Positions 17,480 through 25,846 of a DNA stretch of 34,437 nt are shown piece after piece. Source of the DNA: Nitrospinales bacterium (GTDB lineage: Bacteria; Nitrospinota; Nitrospinia; Nitrospinales; JAJDAT01); the NCBI GenBank assembly GCA_046757665.1, contig JBHHYO010000022.1, positions 1 through 34,437 of the forward strand, in the 5' to 3' direction. Numbering within the stretch: the stretch's first letter is position 1; each line of letters starts with the position of its first letter. The position numbers and the translations under genes are program-made. The notes below the pieces were generated by a model. That model worked only from the letters and a program-made list of their open reading frames with translations. It had not been told where the DNA came from and did no database searches.

Positions 17480-19189
17480 ATGTTCATTTTCGATCCCTTG
17501 ACGCAGGGCTTGCAATTATTGGCGCAACGAGAGTTGCAACGAGCCGAGTTTATGTTCTTAAGCGTCATCAACGACCCTTATGCCGAGGGCGAGGATTCGA
17601 GTCTGGCCAGAAGGTATTTAAATGATATCCGCTCTTGCCAGGCCGGAACCAAAAGTTTGAATTTTGCGGAATATAGCGCCCTCGCCAAACGTAAAGTTCG
17701 ATCTCTGGAAAACGTTACGAAGTTGCTTGCCGACCTTTATTTTTCCTCCCATAGCACTTACGCGGATTTCGACCAGGTCCTTCCCGAAAAAGTTCCGGAA
17801 GTCATCAGCCTGCTGAAGCAGTTTAAAATCCGCGATGTCGTGGCTCGGGACCGGATGTTTCAGGACATTGAGAACAAGGGAATCAGATATATCCGGCGGG
17901 AATTGAAAAAAGGCGCGACGAATGCCGCCTCCGATCTGCCCGGCAGTTTTGACGTTTTTCGCTGGAAAACCATTTATAGAAAATTTATAGAATTGATCAA
18001 CCCCATTTTGCTTGAGCGTCACCTGGAACTGCTGGAGCATATTCTGGAAACGGGCGAGATCGGCTTGCTGGATGACCCCAAACTGACGGTTTTGACTCCC
18101 AAGTACCGCTGGATCATTGAATCGACCATCAAAGCCAAATGGTTCCTGTTGCGAAGTTATTTTTTCAAGGCGCGGTCGGAAATAGAGGCGCAGTTTCACA
18201 AACGGGAAGGGACGCGGAAATACTGGGAAGAGGTGAAATTTAAAAAGATTAAAATCTTCGAGACCTGCGGATTCTCCGAGCAAAACATCCAGAAGTTTCT
18301 GTACAGCGACAAATTGAATTACAAAACCCTGGAAGAAATCTTTGAATACGCCAAAAGCCTGGAACTGCCCCTGGTGCCGCGGGACGTGAGCCTGGCCCTT
18401 AGGGGGATCAACAAAGGCAAGGATCACATCAAGGAAAGAGCGGGGGGATTGATAGGGAGCCGAAAGGAGTTTCACGAAAAGTTGATGTCCCTGGGGTTTT
18501 CCAGAGACAACGCCTATCACATTGCCCGCCACTCCAAACGGGCGAACAGCCACCAGATTTCCGATTCGTTTGAACTCTCCATCAAGGTGGCCCGCGACGA
18601 AATCTTCTGGTACCGGGTCCAGCCCCAATCCTCCAAACTGCGCCGGGATATTGAGGCCCAGTGTTGCAAACATTTGAGCACCGTTCAAATCCACCTGTTT
18701 GACCGGGGCCGGCTCAACAAGCTCCTTTTGCAGGCCGGGAAACCTTTAATCCGCCGGTACCTGATCAAAACCTATGGCGAGGACGTGGTGTCCCTGCATT
18801 GTTATTTTCGTCTGGAAACCATTCACCAATATTACAAGCTGAAGTTCTTCGAGCACCACGCCGACCGGACGCCCAGCGTTTCCGAACTCATCAAGATCAG
18901 CCGCCAGGATTTCCGGCCGTTGCTTCTGCAAGGTTACGAGGCGTTCCTGAAAAACCGGCGGTTGACCATTCCCGCTGAATTTTTCCAGGAAGCGGCTAAC
19001 CACAAGTCGGTGACCACCTGGGAGGATTCGCACACCACCCCTCAGGAGAAAATTCTCCTGAAATTTTGGTTCCTGATGGACCACGGAATTTCCGTAACCC
19101 AAAAGGTCATCAACAAGGGGGTGCTCAGTCCCGCCTTTAATTTGCTGGAACTTGTGAAATTTCAGGACCGGGAGGAGTGCAATAGCTGA
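17480..19189 (+). CDS. Uncharacterised 569-aa protein
   Basis: Long ORF with helical K/E/L-rich composition; no family motif recognised; 3' end overlaps the convergent ygfZ-TPR gene by 28 nt. Confidence 0.8.
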   Translation: MFIFDPLTQGLQLLAQRELQRAEFMFLSVINDPYAEGEDSSLARRYLNDIRSCQAGTKSLNFAEYSALAKRKVRSLENVTKLLADLYFSSHSTYADFDQVLPEKVPEVISLLKQFKIRDVVARDRMFQDIENKGIRYIRRELKKGATNAASDLPGSFDVFRWKTIYRKFIELINPILLERHLELLEHILETGEIGLLDDPKLTVLTPKYRWIIESTIKAKWFLLRSYFFKARSEIEAQFHKREGTRKYWEEVKFKKIKIFETCGFSEQNIQKFLYSDKLNYKTLEEIFEYAKSLELPLVPRDVSLALRGINKGKDHIKERAGGLIGSRKEFHEKLMSLGFSRDNAYHIARHSKRANSHQISDSFELSIKVARDEIFWYRVQPQSSKLRRDIEAQCCKHLSTVQIHLFDRGRLNKLLLQAGKPLIRRYLIKTYGEDVVSLHCYFRLETIHQYYKLKFFEHHADRTPSVSELIKISRQDFRPLLLQGYEAFLKNRRLTIPAEFFQEAANHKSVTTWEDSHTTPQEKILLKFWFLMDHGISVTQKVINKGVLSPAFNLLELVKFQDREECNS

Positions 19190-20880
19190 TTCTGTCGGCT
19201 TTGCATTTCTTTCAGGGGCATCAAGTCGCCTTTTTGGGATGCGGCGGCGATGCCTTTTTCATACCACTGCAAGGCTTCCTTTTCCCGCGAAAGTTTTTCC
19301 AGGTTTTTCCCCAACAGCAGGTAAGCGGCGGAGTAGTCCGGGAAATGCTCCACCAGGGTTTTGAGATGCACCAGGGCTTCCTCATACCTTCCGGTATCCA
19401 TGTAAATGGAGCCGATGCCGAAATTGGCCACCTGGTCGGCGGCGTCGATCTCCAGGACTTTTTTGAACATGGCGATTTTGCTTTCCTGTTCTTCCCGGCG
19501 CTGTTGCTCGGCTTTTTCCTTGGCCTTTTTGGTTTTTCCCTGCTCGATTAATTGCTCAAACTGGAGGGCCGTGGCCTCGGCTTTTTCATTTTCCGCATCC
19601 TCGATGCGGCCCTGCTTCATGTAGTAAATGGAAAGGTTGGAGTGAGCCATGACCTCGGCAGGATCAATTTCCACCAGTCGTTTCATAATGGCGATGGCCT
19701 CGTCCAGCTTGTCCTGCTTGGACAGCAGGACGCCCAGCGCCTCATAAGCCTGGGCGGATTTGGGGTCCAGGCCAATCGCTTCGCGGAGCAGGCCAATGGG
19801 TTTTTCCAGATCGTCCTCGCTTTTGTACAGTTTCATGGCTTTTGTGTGTAGCTGTTTGGCGCGGTCCGTTCGGGATTGAGTTTGATAAAAGGGTAGCAAG
19901 GCGGTGCGAGCTTGAAAGGCGGAATCACCGATGGTGACATTCAGTTCGAGGCCGGGAACCCGATACTCTTTTCGCATGTATGCCAGAGCGATGACTTTCC
20001 CCAATGCGGGGGAAAACCCGGAGCTTTTTATGACCCCGATTTTTTTGGTGTCCAGGTGAATGGCCGCGTCGTAGTCCGGTTCCTGGTTGCCTTCCAGAAC
20101 AAGCCCTGTCAGGGCGTGCGCCGGGGACCCGTAAGTCTTGACCCTGGCAATGACCTCCTGTCCGATATAACACCCTTTGTTGTAACTGACCGAGCTGTGC
20201 TCGAGACCCGTTTCGGGCAGGATGCGGCTGTTGTCCATGTCCTTGCCGAACAACGGCAAGCCGGCTTCCAGGCGGAGAGTTTCCCGCGCCTCCGGACTGA
20301 TCGCCGTTGAACAGAGGGATGGGTCGGCTTTGGCAATCAGGGAGATGATTTTTTCTTTCGCCGCCGCGGGCAACGCGATGACAAACCCGTCCTCACCGGT
20401 GAGACTTTTGTTGATGATCGTGATTTCCTCTCCTTCCCAGCGCCGGCAGGCAATATCGTTCGGCTTGGGGGCCAGGATTGCGTCTCCGGAGATGGTTTGC
20501 GGGAGCAGAATGCTTTTTGGGCCCTGAATCGCCAGGAGCAGGACTTGCGGCTTCGAGGACAGCCGGACATCTTCCCGAAACACGTAGCCTTGCAAATGGC
20601 TCAGGAAGGTTTTCTGCTGGATTTTTTCGATCAGGAAAAGGACCGAGCCGGGCGTGTCCCGGTGAATGGAAAACGAGGCGACCAGCTTGCCCATGCGGTC
20701 CACAATGGCGCTGTTTTGCCCCGTGCCGGGGGCCAGTTGCGTCACATCGTTGGTGGTTTGCGTTTGCAGGTAGTCGAGGAGGTCCGCGCCCTCGCCGGAT
20801 ATGAGAGCCCAGTCATCGAGGAAAAACAGGCCGCGGTCTTCACGCACCCGCCGGTAGTCATCAAGAATTTTTGGGTCCAT
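19162..20880 (-). CDS. ygfZ: YgfZ/Iba57 (GcvT-like folate-binding) protein fused to C-terminal TPR domains
   Basis: SG....YLQ.QTTNDV, RLEAGLP.FG.D, SYNKGCYIGQEVIAR YgfZ signature; last ~235 aa are TPRs (AYEALGVLL, AHSNLSIYY, YSAAYLLLGK). Confidence 0.88.
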   Translation of the reverse strand: MDPKILDDYRRVREDRGLFFLDDWALISGEGADLLDYLQTQTTNDVTQLAPGTGQNSAIVDRMGKLVASFSIHRDTPGSVLFLIEKIQQKTFLSHLQGYVFREDVRLSSKPQVLLLAIQGPKSILLPQTISGDAILAPKPNDIACRRWEGEEITIINKSLTGEDGFVIALPAAAKEKIISLIAKADPSLCSTAISPEARETLRLEAGLPLFGKDMDNSRILPETGLEHSSVSYNKGCYIGQEVIARVKTYGSPAHALTGLVLEGNQEPDYDAAIHLDTKKIGVIKSSGFSPALGKVIALAYMRKEYRVPGLELNVTIGDSAFQARTALLPFYQTQSRTDRAKQLHTKAMKLYKSEDDLEKPIGLLREAIGLDPKSAQAYEALGVLLSKQDKLDEAIAIMKRLVEIDPAEVMAHSNLSIYYMKQGRIEDAENEKAEATALQFEQLIEQGKTKKAKEKAEQQRREEQESKIAMFKKVLEIDAADQVANFGIGSIYMDTGRYEEALVHLKTLVEHFPDYSAAYLLLGKNLEKLSREKEALQWYEKGIAAASQKGDLMPLKEMQSRQNQLLHSSRS

Positions 20881-20884
20881 AAGC

Positions 20885-20920
20885 AAACAAAAAAGCGCAT
20901 CTTCAAAAAACGGGATGCGC
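20885..20920 (-). terminator. Putative weak intrinsic terminator/attenuator between iscA and ygfZ-TPR
   Basis: Minus strand GCGCATC-(12 nt)-GATGCGC followed by TTTTTTGTTT. Confidence 0.45.
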
Positions 20921-20975
20921 GTGGATGAAGAGGTTCTCCGGAGGGCCGGGGGTCATGCAGTGTGTTTTGGGTGGG

Positions 20976-21317
20976 TCAGGCGATCGAAAAGGATTCTCCA
21001 CAGCCGCAGGTTGACGAGGCGTTGGGATTTTTAAACACGAACCCCTTCCCCTGCAGTCCACCCTCGAAATCCAGGGCCATTCCTTTCAGGTAAATCGTGC
21101 TTTTCACGTCGATAAAGACCTTGAAATCCTCAAGGTCGATAATGGTATCTCCCGGCTCCTCGGGCGTAAATTGCAAATCATAGGAAAGCCCCGAGCAACC
21201 GCCCCCCTTCACGCCCAGACGCAGACCGATGCCGGGCTTGCCCTCGCCGTTGATCAACTTTTTGACTTCCCCATAGGCCTTTGGGGTGATTTTTACGAAA
21301 TCGGACGCGACTGCCAT
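20976..21317 (-). CDS. iscA: A-type Fe-S carrier protein (IscA/ErpA/HesB family)
   Basis: LRLGVKGGGCSGLSY and NPNASSTCGCGESF motifs; GGAGGT SD. IscA versus ErpA cannot be decided here. Confidence 0.92.
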   Translation of the reverse strand: MAVASDFVKITPKAYGEVKKLINGEGKPGIGLRLGVKGGGCSGLSYDLQFTPEEPGDTIIDLEDFKVFIDVKSTIYLKGMALDFEGGLQGKGFVFKNPNASSTCGCGESFSIA

Positions 21318-21623
21318 TGTTGACCTCCCAATATGGATTCAGCGTGTAAAGCTCATTGATTTAGATAATTTTTTCTTCCAACGGGTTCTTTTATTATATT
21401 AAAAAACCACCGAAACCGTCAAATCCATTTCGGGATTGGCGTAAAATAAATACAAAGGGCTGACACGAGAAAGGTCTTTTTCAGCGTTCCCGCGGAATAA
21501 TGTTGCTTGCTTGCCGTTCTCTTGGTAATTTTAAAAAGCAGGCGGTGCAAAAAAATAAAAACTTTCGCTTTGAATTTGAATCTAATAAGGGATTCAATTA
21601 ACCTGAAATGGAGTAGCGGCCCG

Positions 21624-21863
21624 ATGATTAGCATTCCGGATTTGATCAACCTTGTCAAACAAACCATCCCGGACGCGGAGGTCAACGTGTTGGATAAAAC
21701 CGGGATGAGCGATCATTTTATCATCCACGTGGTCTCCGCGAAATTCGCGGACCTGAACTTGATGGACCGCCATCGGCTGGTGCAGGAGTCCATTGCCGCC
21801 GCCATGCAGGATGGAAGGGTCCATGCCGCCGAAATAAAAACCGATGTTCCACACATGGCTTGA
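21624..21863 (+). CDS. bolA: BolA-family protein
   Basis: DHFIIHVVSAKF....MDRHRLV...GRVHAAEIKT; GGAG SD before ATG 21624. Confidence 0.9.
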   Translation: MISIPDLINLVKQTIPDAEVNVLDKTGMSDHFIIHVVSAKFADLNLMDRHRLVQESIAAAMQDGRVHAAEIKTDVPHMA

Positions 21864-21947
21864 TGTTCCGGAAACAAATTTTAAAAGATCCGGGATTTTG
21901 GAGTTAATATAGATTGTTCATTGTTTTTTTTGGAGGGAATGACCGAT

Positions 21948-22271
21948 ATGTCCGCGATTGAAGACGAAATCAAACAGGAAATCAGTCAACATAAAGTGTT
22001 GATTTACGGCAAGGGAACCAAGACCATGCCGAAGTGCGGTTTCACCCAGGAAACGATTGTGTTTTTTGAAAAATACGGCTACCCGTTTGAAGTGATCGAC
22101 GTGCTGGAGGCCATGGAAAAACGCGAGGTCCTGAGCAAAATGACCAACTGGCCTACGTTGCCCAAAGTTTTTATTGACGGGAAATTCTACGGCGACACCG
22201 ATATCCTCGACGAGATGGAAGCCAAGGGCGAAGTAGAGCCTTTATTGAAAACCGCATTTGGCGATAAATAA
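21948..22271 (+). CDS. grxD: Monothiol (Grx4/GrxD-like) glutaredoxin
   Basis: KGT..MPKCGFT (variant of CGFS), NWPTLPKVFIDG.FYGD.D; adjacent to bolA; GGAGGG SD. Confidence 0.88.
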   Translation: MSAIEDEIKQEISQHKVLIYGKGTKTMPKCGFTQETIVFFEKYGYPFEVIDVLEAMEKREVLSKMTNWPTLPKVFIDGKFYGDTDILDEMEAKGEVEPLLKTAFGDK

Positions 22272-22295
22272 TCGGTTCGCCGCGTCGAGGATATT

Positions 22296-22817
22296 ATGTC
22301 TGAGTTGCTGGAGGTAGGGGACCGGGCTCCCCATTTTGAGTTGCCCGCCGTTTACGGTTACAAGGCCGGGGCCACCAGCCCCTCCGCCGAGGAAAAGGTG
22401 ATCGTCGGCCTCAAGGAATTCCAAGACAAAAAATGGGTGGTCCTCAGCTTTTACCGCCAGGACAGTAGCCCGGAAGACACCCGCTTGATGGTGACCTTCA
22501 ACGAATGGAATCGCAAACTCAGAACCCGCGAAGTCGAACTGCTGGGTTGTTCCTGGAACGGCGTCAACTCCCATCAGCAGTTTATCGAAGTTTACCAGCT
22601 GGGATTCACCTTGCTTGCCGACGAGTATAAAAAAGTCACCGATTTATACGGCGTCGTTCGGGAAGAAGATGATCTGGGGCAGATGGTGAAGTATGTCGAG
22701 CGCACCACCTTCGTCATCGACAAGACCGGCATGGTTCGTGGGGTGTGGACGAATATTGAGGACCTGCGCGAACATCCCAGGGAAGTCTGGGACTTTATCC
22801 AAAAAGAAAAAAAATAA
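22296..22817 (+). CDS. BCP/PrxQ-like peroxiredoxin-fold protein lacking the peroxidatic cysteine
   Basis: LEVGDRAP.FELP, WVVLSFY, SHQQF....L.FTLLAD, ERTTFVID..G.V are BCP-like, but the active site reads FYRQDSSPED instead of FYPxxxTPxC. Confidence 0.85.
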   Translation: MSELLEVGDRAPHFELPAVYGYKAGATSPSAEEKVIVGLKEFQDKKWVVLSFYRQDSSPEDTRLMVTFNEWNRKLRTREVELLGCSWNGVNSHQQFIEVYQLGFTLLADEYKKVTDLYGVVREEDDLGQMVKYVERTTFVIDKTGMVRGVWTNIEDLREHPREVWDFIQKEKK

Positions 22818-22831
22818 CGCAACCGGGGCTT

Positions 22832-24199
22832 TTAGATATCCGTGGCTCCGTTTCCCTCCAGCGCCAAAATTCCTTTTCGTGAAATTTGAAGAAACGCCCG
22901 GCGAAGGTCCTTTGCGATTGGCGGTCCGCCGGGCGATTTAAACGTCAGCGGGTTGACCGGCCTGCCGTATTTTTTCAACTGAAAGCACAGGTGCGGGCCG
23001 GTGGCGGCGCCCGTGGCGCCGACGTAGCCGATAACCTGTCCCTGGCGGACCCGCGTTCCCGGCGCGATTCCCTTGGCGAACCGGGACAAGTGAGAATAGC
23101 TCGTCCGGTAAATGGAGTTGTGCCGCAGGGCAATATAATTGCCTGCCCGGGCGCTGTGCCTGGCGGCGGCCACGACGCCGTCGCCGACCGCGCGCACCGG
23201 TGTGCCGACGGGAGCGGCGTAATCCACGCCCCAATGGGGAAGATACGTTTTGTAAACAGGATGAAACCGCCGCCGGCTGTATCGGGAAGAAATACGTGAA
23301 AACTTCAGCGGCGACTTGAGAAACGACTTCCTCAACGATTCTCCCGCCGCCGTGTAGTAGTTCCCCTCTCCGTCGGGGGTCTCGAAGTAAATGGCGTCGA
23401 AAACCCTTTTGCGGTTGGTGAACGCAACGGCCAGGATTTTCCCGAACGCGGCGAACTGACCGTCGAGGTATTTTTTCTCTACGATGATTTTGAATCGGTC
23501 GCCCTTGCGCAGGTCCTTGAAAAAATCAATATCCCAGGAAAATATTTCGGCCAGCTCCATGGCCATTCGGGAAGTGCCTCCGGCTTTTTGCATGGCCGTG
23601 ACGAGGTTGTTGTGAACCGTTCCCTGAACCAACGCCGTTTCGATGCGGTACTCGATTTCCCGTAGTTCGGGCGTGAACGTGTCGCCCCGGCGGGTCACGC
23701 GCAGGTATTGGTCTGCATTTATTTTGTAATCGAAAAAAATCATTTCATTGGCGGCGTTCAGTCCCAATGTGTAAGCGGCTCCGGGTTTTAAGCGGTTGAG
23801 GTTGAACAATGGCCGGGCGGCGGCAACGATTTCGTTTGCCGTTTTGAGTTGCAGTCCCACCCGTGTCAGCATCCCGGAGAAGGTGTGGTTTTTGGCGACG
23901 TTTCCTTCTACGGTCCGGAAAGGTTTTTCAAAGTCCGTGGCACGGCGTTCGATACCGCTTGGCGCCGGCTGGTCCGGGTTGGGCGCGATGGCCGGGGCGG
24001 GTGGGCTTTGCACAGCCTCGGGCGGCATGGCGACGGCTTTTTGATTCGGATGGCCAGGCTCGATATCCGCGGGAAGCCATTCGGGGATCAGGGCAAGGAT
24101 CGGGAAACAGAGAATCAGTGCCGCGGCAAGGCGCTTATAGCTTGTCAATCCCCCCGCAGGCGGGGTTGAGTTTGATGGCATGTGTTTTTTGCTTGTCAA
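22832..24199 (-). CDS. M23-family peptidoglycan endopeptidase (MepM-like)
   Basis: N-terminal TM helix; FSWDIDF..D.RKGD.F; RFHPV....PHWGVDYAAP.GTPV; Y.HLS.FA; VG.TG.ATGPHL. TTGA start/stop overlap with plsC (ATG 24181 is an alternative start). Confidence 0.92.
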   Translation of the reverse strand: MTSKKHMPSNSTPPAGGLTSYKRLAAALILCFPILALIPEWLPADIEPGHPNQKAVAMPPEAVQSPPAPAIAPNPDQPAPSGIERRATDFEKPFRTVEGNVAKNHTFSGMLTRVGLQLKTANEIVAAARPLFNLNRLKPGAAYTLGLNAANEMIFFDYKINADQYLRVTRRGDTFTPELREIEYRIETALVQGTVHNNLVTAMQKAGGTSRMAMELAEIFSWDIDFFKDLRKGDRFKIIVEKKYLDGQFAAFGKILAVAFTNRKRVFDAIYFETPDGEGNYYTAAGESLRKSFLKSPLKFSRISSRYSRRRFHPVYKTYLPHWGVDYAAPVGTPVRAVGDGVVAAARHSARAGNYIALRHNSIYRTSYSHLSRFAKGIAPGTRVRQGQVIGYVGATGAATGPHLCFQLKKYGRPVNPLTFKSPGGPPIAKDLRRAFLQISRKGILALEGNGATDI

Positions 24200-24924
24200 A
24201 GCGTGTTCTCCTCGAGGTTTTTTTGAATGATGTCGCGGATATCCTCCAAAACCTGTTCCTGTTTTTTGGAGGATAGTTCCTCTACGGCAAGGGGAGGGGA
24301 AATGATGACCCTCACCGGGCCGGGGCGCAACACGATGCTGTTCTTTTTGATGATGCGGCCACTGCCGATGATGGTTACGGGAACCATCGGCGCTTGTGCC
24401 CGCGCCGCCAGCAACTGGCCGCCTTTTTTAAACGCACCCAGGGTTCCGTCCACCGACCGGGTGCCTTCGGGAAAAATGACGACGGAGTATCCGGCCCGGA
24501 TTTTTTCCACGCAAGCCAGAAAAGACTTGTAGGCATTTTTCCGGTCTTGCCGGTTGACGGCAATACTGCCTTCCGCGTACATGGCCCAGCCGACAAAGGG
24601 GATCCAGAACAAACTGGATTTCGCCATCCACCGGATTTGCGCCGGCAGATAACCGGTGAGCGCAAAAATGTCGAAATAACTTTGATGATTGGCGACAAAC
24701 ACCTGGGCATGATCGAAACAAACATTTTCCAGGCCGATGATCTCCACGCGAATTCCGTTCAGCCGGCAGATCAGGCGCGCCCAGAGGCTGGCGATATGGT
24801 GCGAGGTGTTGCCGCTGGTGTCCACGCATCCCGCCAAAACGGACAAGGTGCCGAAGACGATGGAAAGCAGGGTGATGATGATCCAGAATCTCAGAGTATA
24901 AAGAAACGGTGCTAAAAATTTCAA
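24196..24924 (-). CDS. plsC: 1-acyl-sn-glycerol-3-phosphate acyltransferase
   Basis: NHQSYFD and FPEGTRS motifs, FKKG, PVTI. Confidence 0.92.
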   Translation of the reverse strand: MKFLAPFLYTLRFWIIITLLSIVFGTLSVLAGCVDTSGNTSHHIASLWARLICRLNGIRVEIIGLENVCFDHAQVFVANHQSYFDIFALTGYLPAQIRWMAKSSLFWIPFVGWAMYAEGSIAVNRQDRKNAYKSFLACVEKIRAGYSVVIFPEGTRSVDGTLGAFKKGGQLLAARAQAPMVPVTIIGSGRIIKKNSIVLRPGPVRVIISPPLAVEELSSKKQEQVLEDIRDIIQKNLEENTL

Positions 24925-24974
24925 TGGACATTATTTCCCAACGTGAACGACGAATGGTTTAAACTTGGGCTAGA

Positions 24975-25814
24975 ATGAATGATCGATCAATGAAGGTTTT
25001 CATGACGTTGCCGGTTTCCGGCAAAGAGTGGTTGATCGGAGTCTTGGTTGCGGGGCTGGTTGTGTTTCCGGGATTCGCGCCCAAGACGCTTGCCTGGGGG
25101 AAAGACGGCCATCGGATCGTCGGGATCATCGCCCAGGCACATATTTCTACTACAATTAGCAGAAAATTAGCAAATAATTTTAACATAAACCTCTTGGCGG
25201 ACATAGCCCCTTGGGCTGACAAGGTTAAAAAACATCGTTCGCAAAGACCCTGGCATTACACTAATATCGAAAGGGGAAAAAGAATTTACCGTCAGAAACG
25301 CGACTGCCCCGACCGGCAATGCGTGACGGAAAAAATCAAGGACTTCGTAAAAATCCTGCGGGAGAAAAATCATTCCACAAAAATAAGGCGGGAAGCGCTG
25401 GCCTATTTGGTTCACTTTGTTGCCGACATCCACCAGCCCCTGCATCTGGGCAATCGGGACGATAGGGGGGGCAACGAGATCATGGTTCGCGTTCATGGCG
25501 AACCGACCAATCTACATGCTTTGTGGGATTATGGATTGATTCCGGCAAAGGAGACAAACCTGGCACAATATGCCCGACGATTGTCGTGCACCGTGACATC
25601 CGGCGACCGGTTTTCGCTGGCGCGCCTTCCCGTGGATGCCTGGACCAACGAGTCGAGGGCGCTGGCTCTGCAATACGCTTATCCGGTTGAGTTTTCCAAG
25701 GATCGTGAATTAACGCCGCGATATATTCGGTCGGGCCGAAAAATCGTCGAGCGCCAGTTGTGCCGGGCGGGGATTCGCCTGGCTGTTTTGTTGAACGGAA
25801 TTTTATCCGAGTAA
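24975..25814 (+). CDS. S1/P1-family nuclease (exported)
   Basis: Signal peptide followed by WGKDGH; WAD; WHY; LVHFVADIHQPLH; DRGGN; NLHALWD. Exact start uncertain. Confidence 0.92.
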   Translation: MNDRSMKVFMTLPVSGKEWLIGVLVAGLVVFPGFAPKTLAWGKDGHRIVGIIAQAHISTTISRKLANNFNINLLADIAPWADKVKKHRSQRPWHYTNIERGKRIYRQKRDCPDRQCVTEKIKDFVKILREKNHSTKIRREALAYLVHFVADIHQPLHLGNRDDRGGNEIMVRVHGEPTNLHALWDYGLIPAKETNLAQYARRLSCTVTSGDRFSLARLPVDAWTNESRALALQYAYPVEFSKDRELTPRYIRSGRKIVERQLCRAGIRLAVLLNGILSE

Positions 25815-25846
25815 TTCTTCCACACTGAGTTGAGCGAGGAGGCGTT

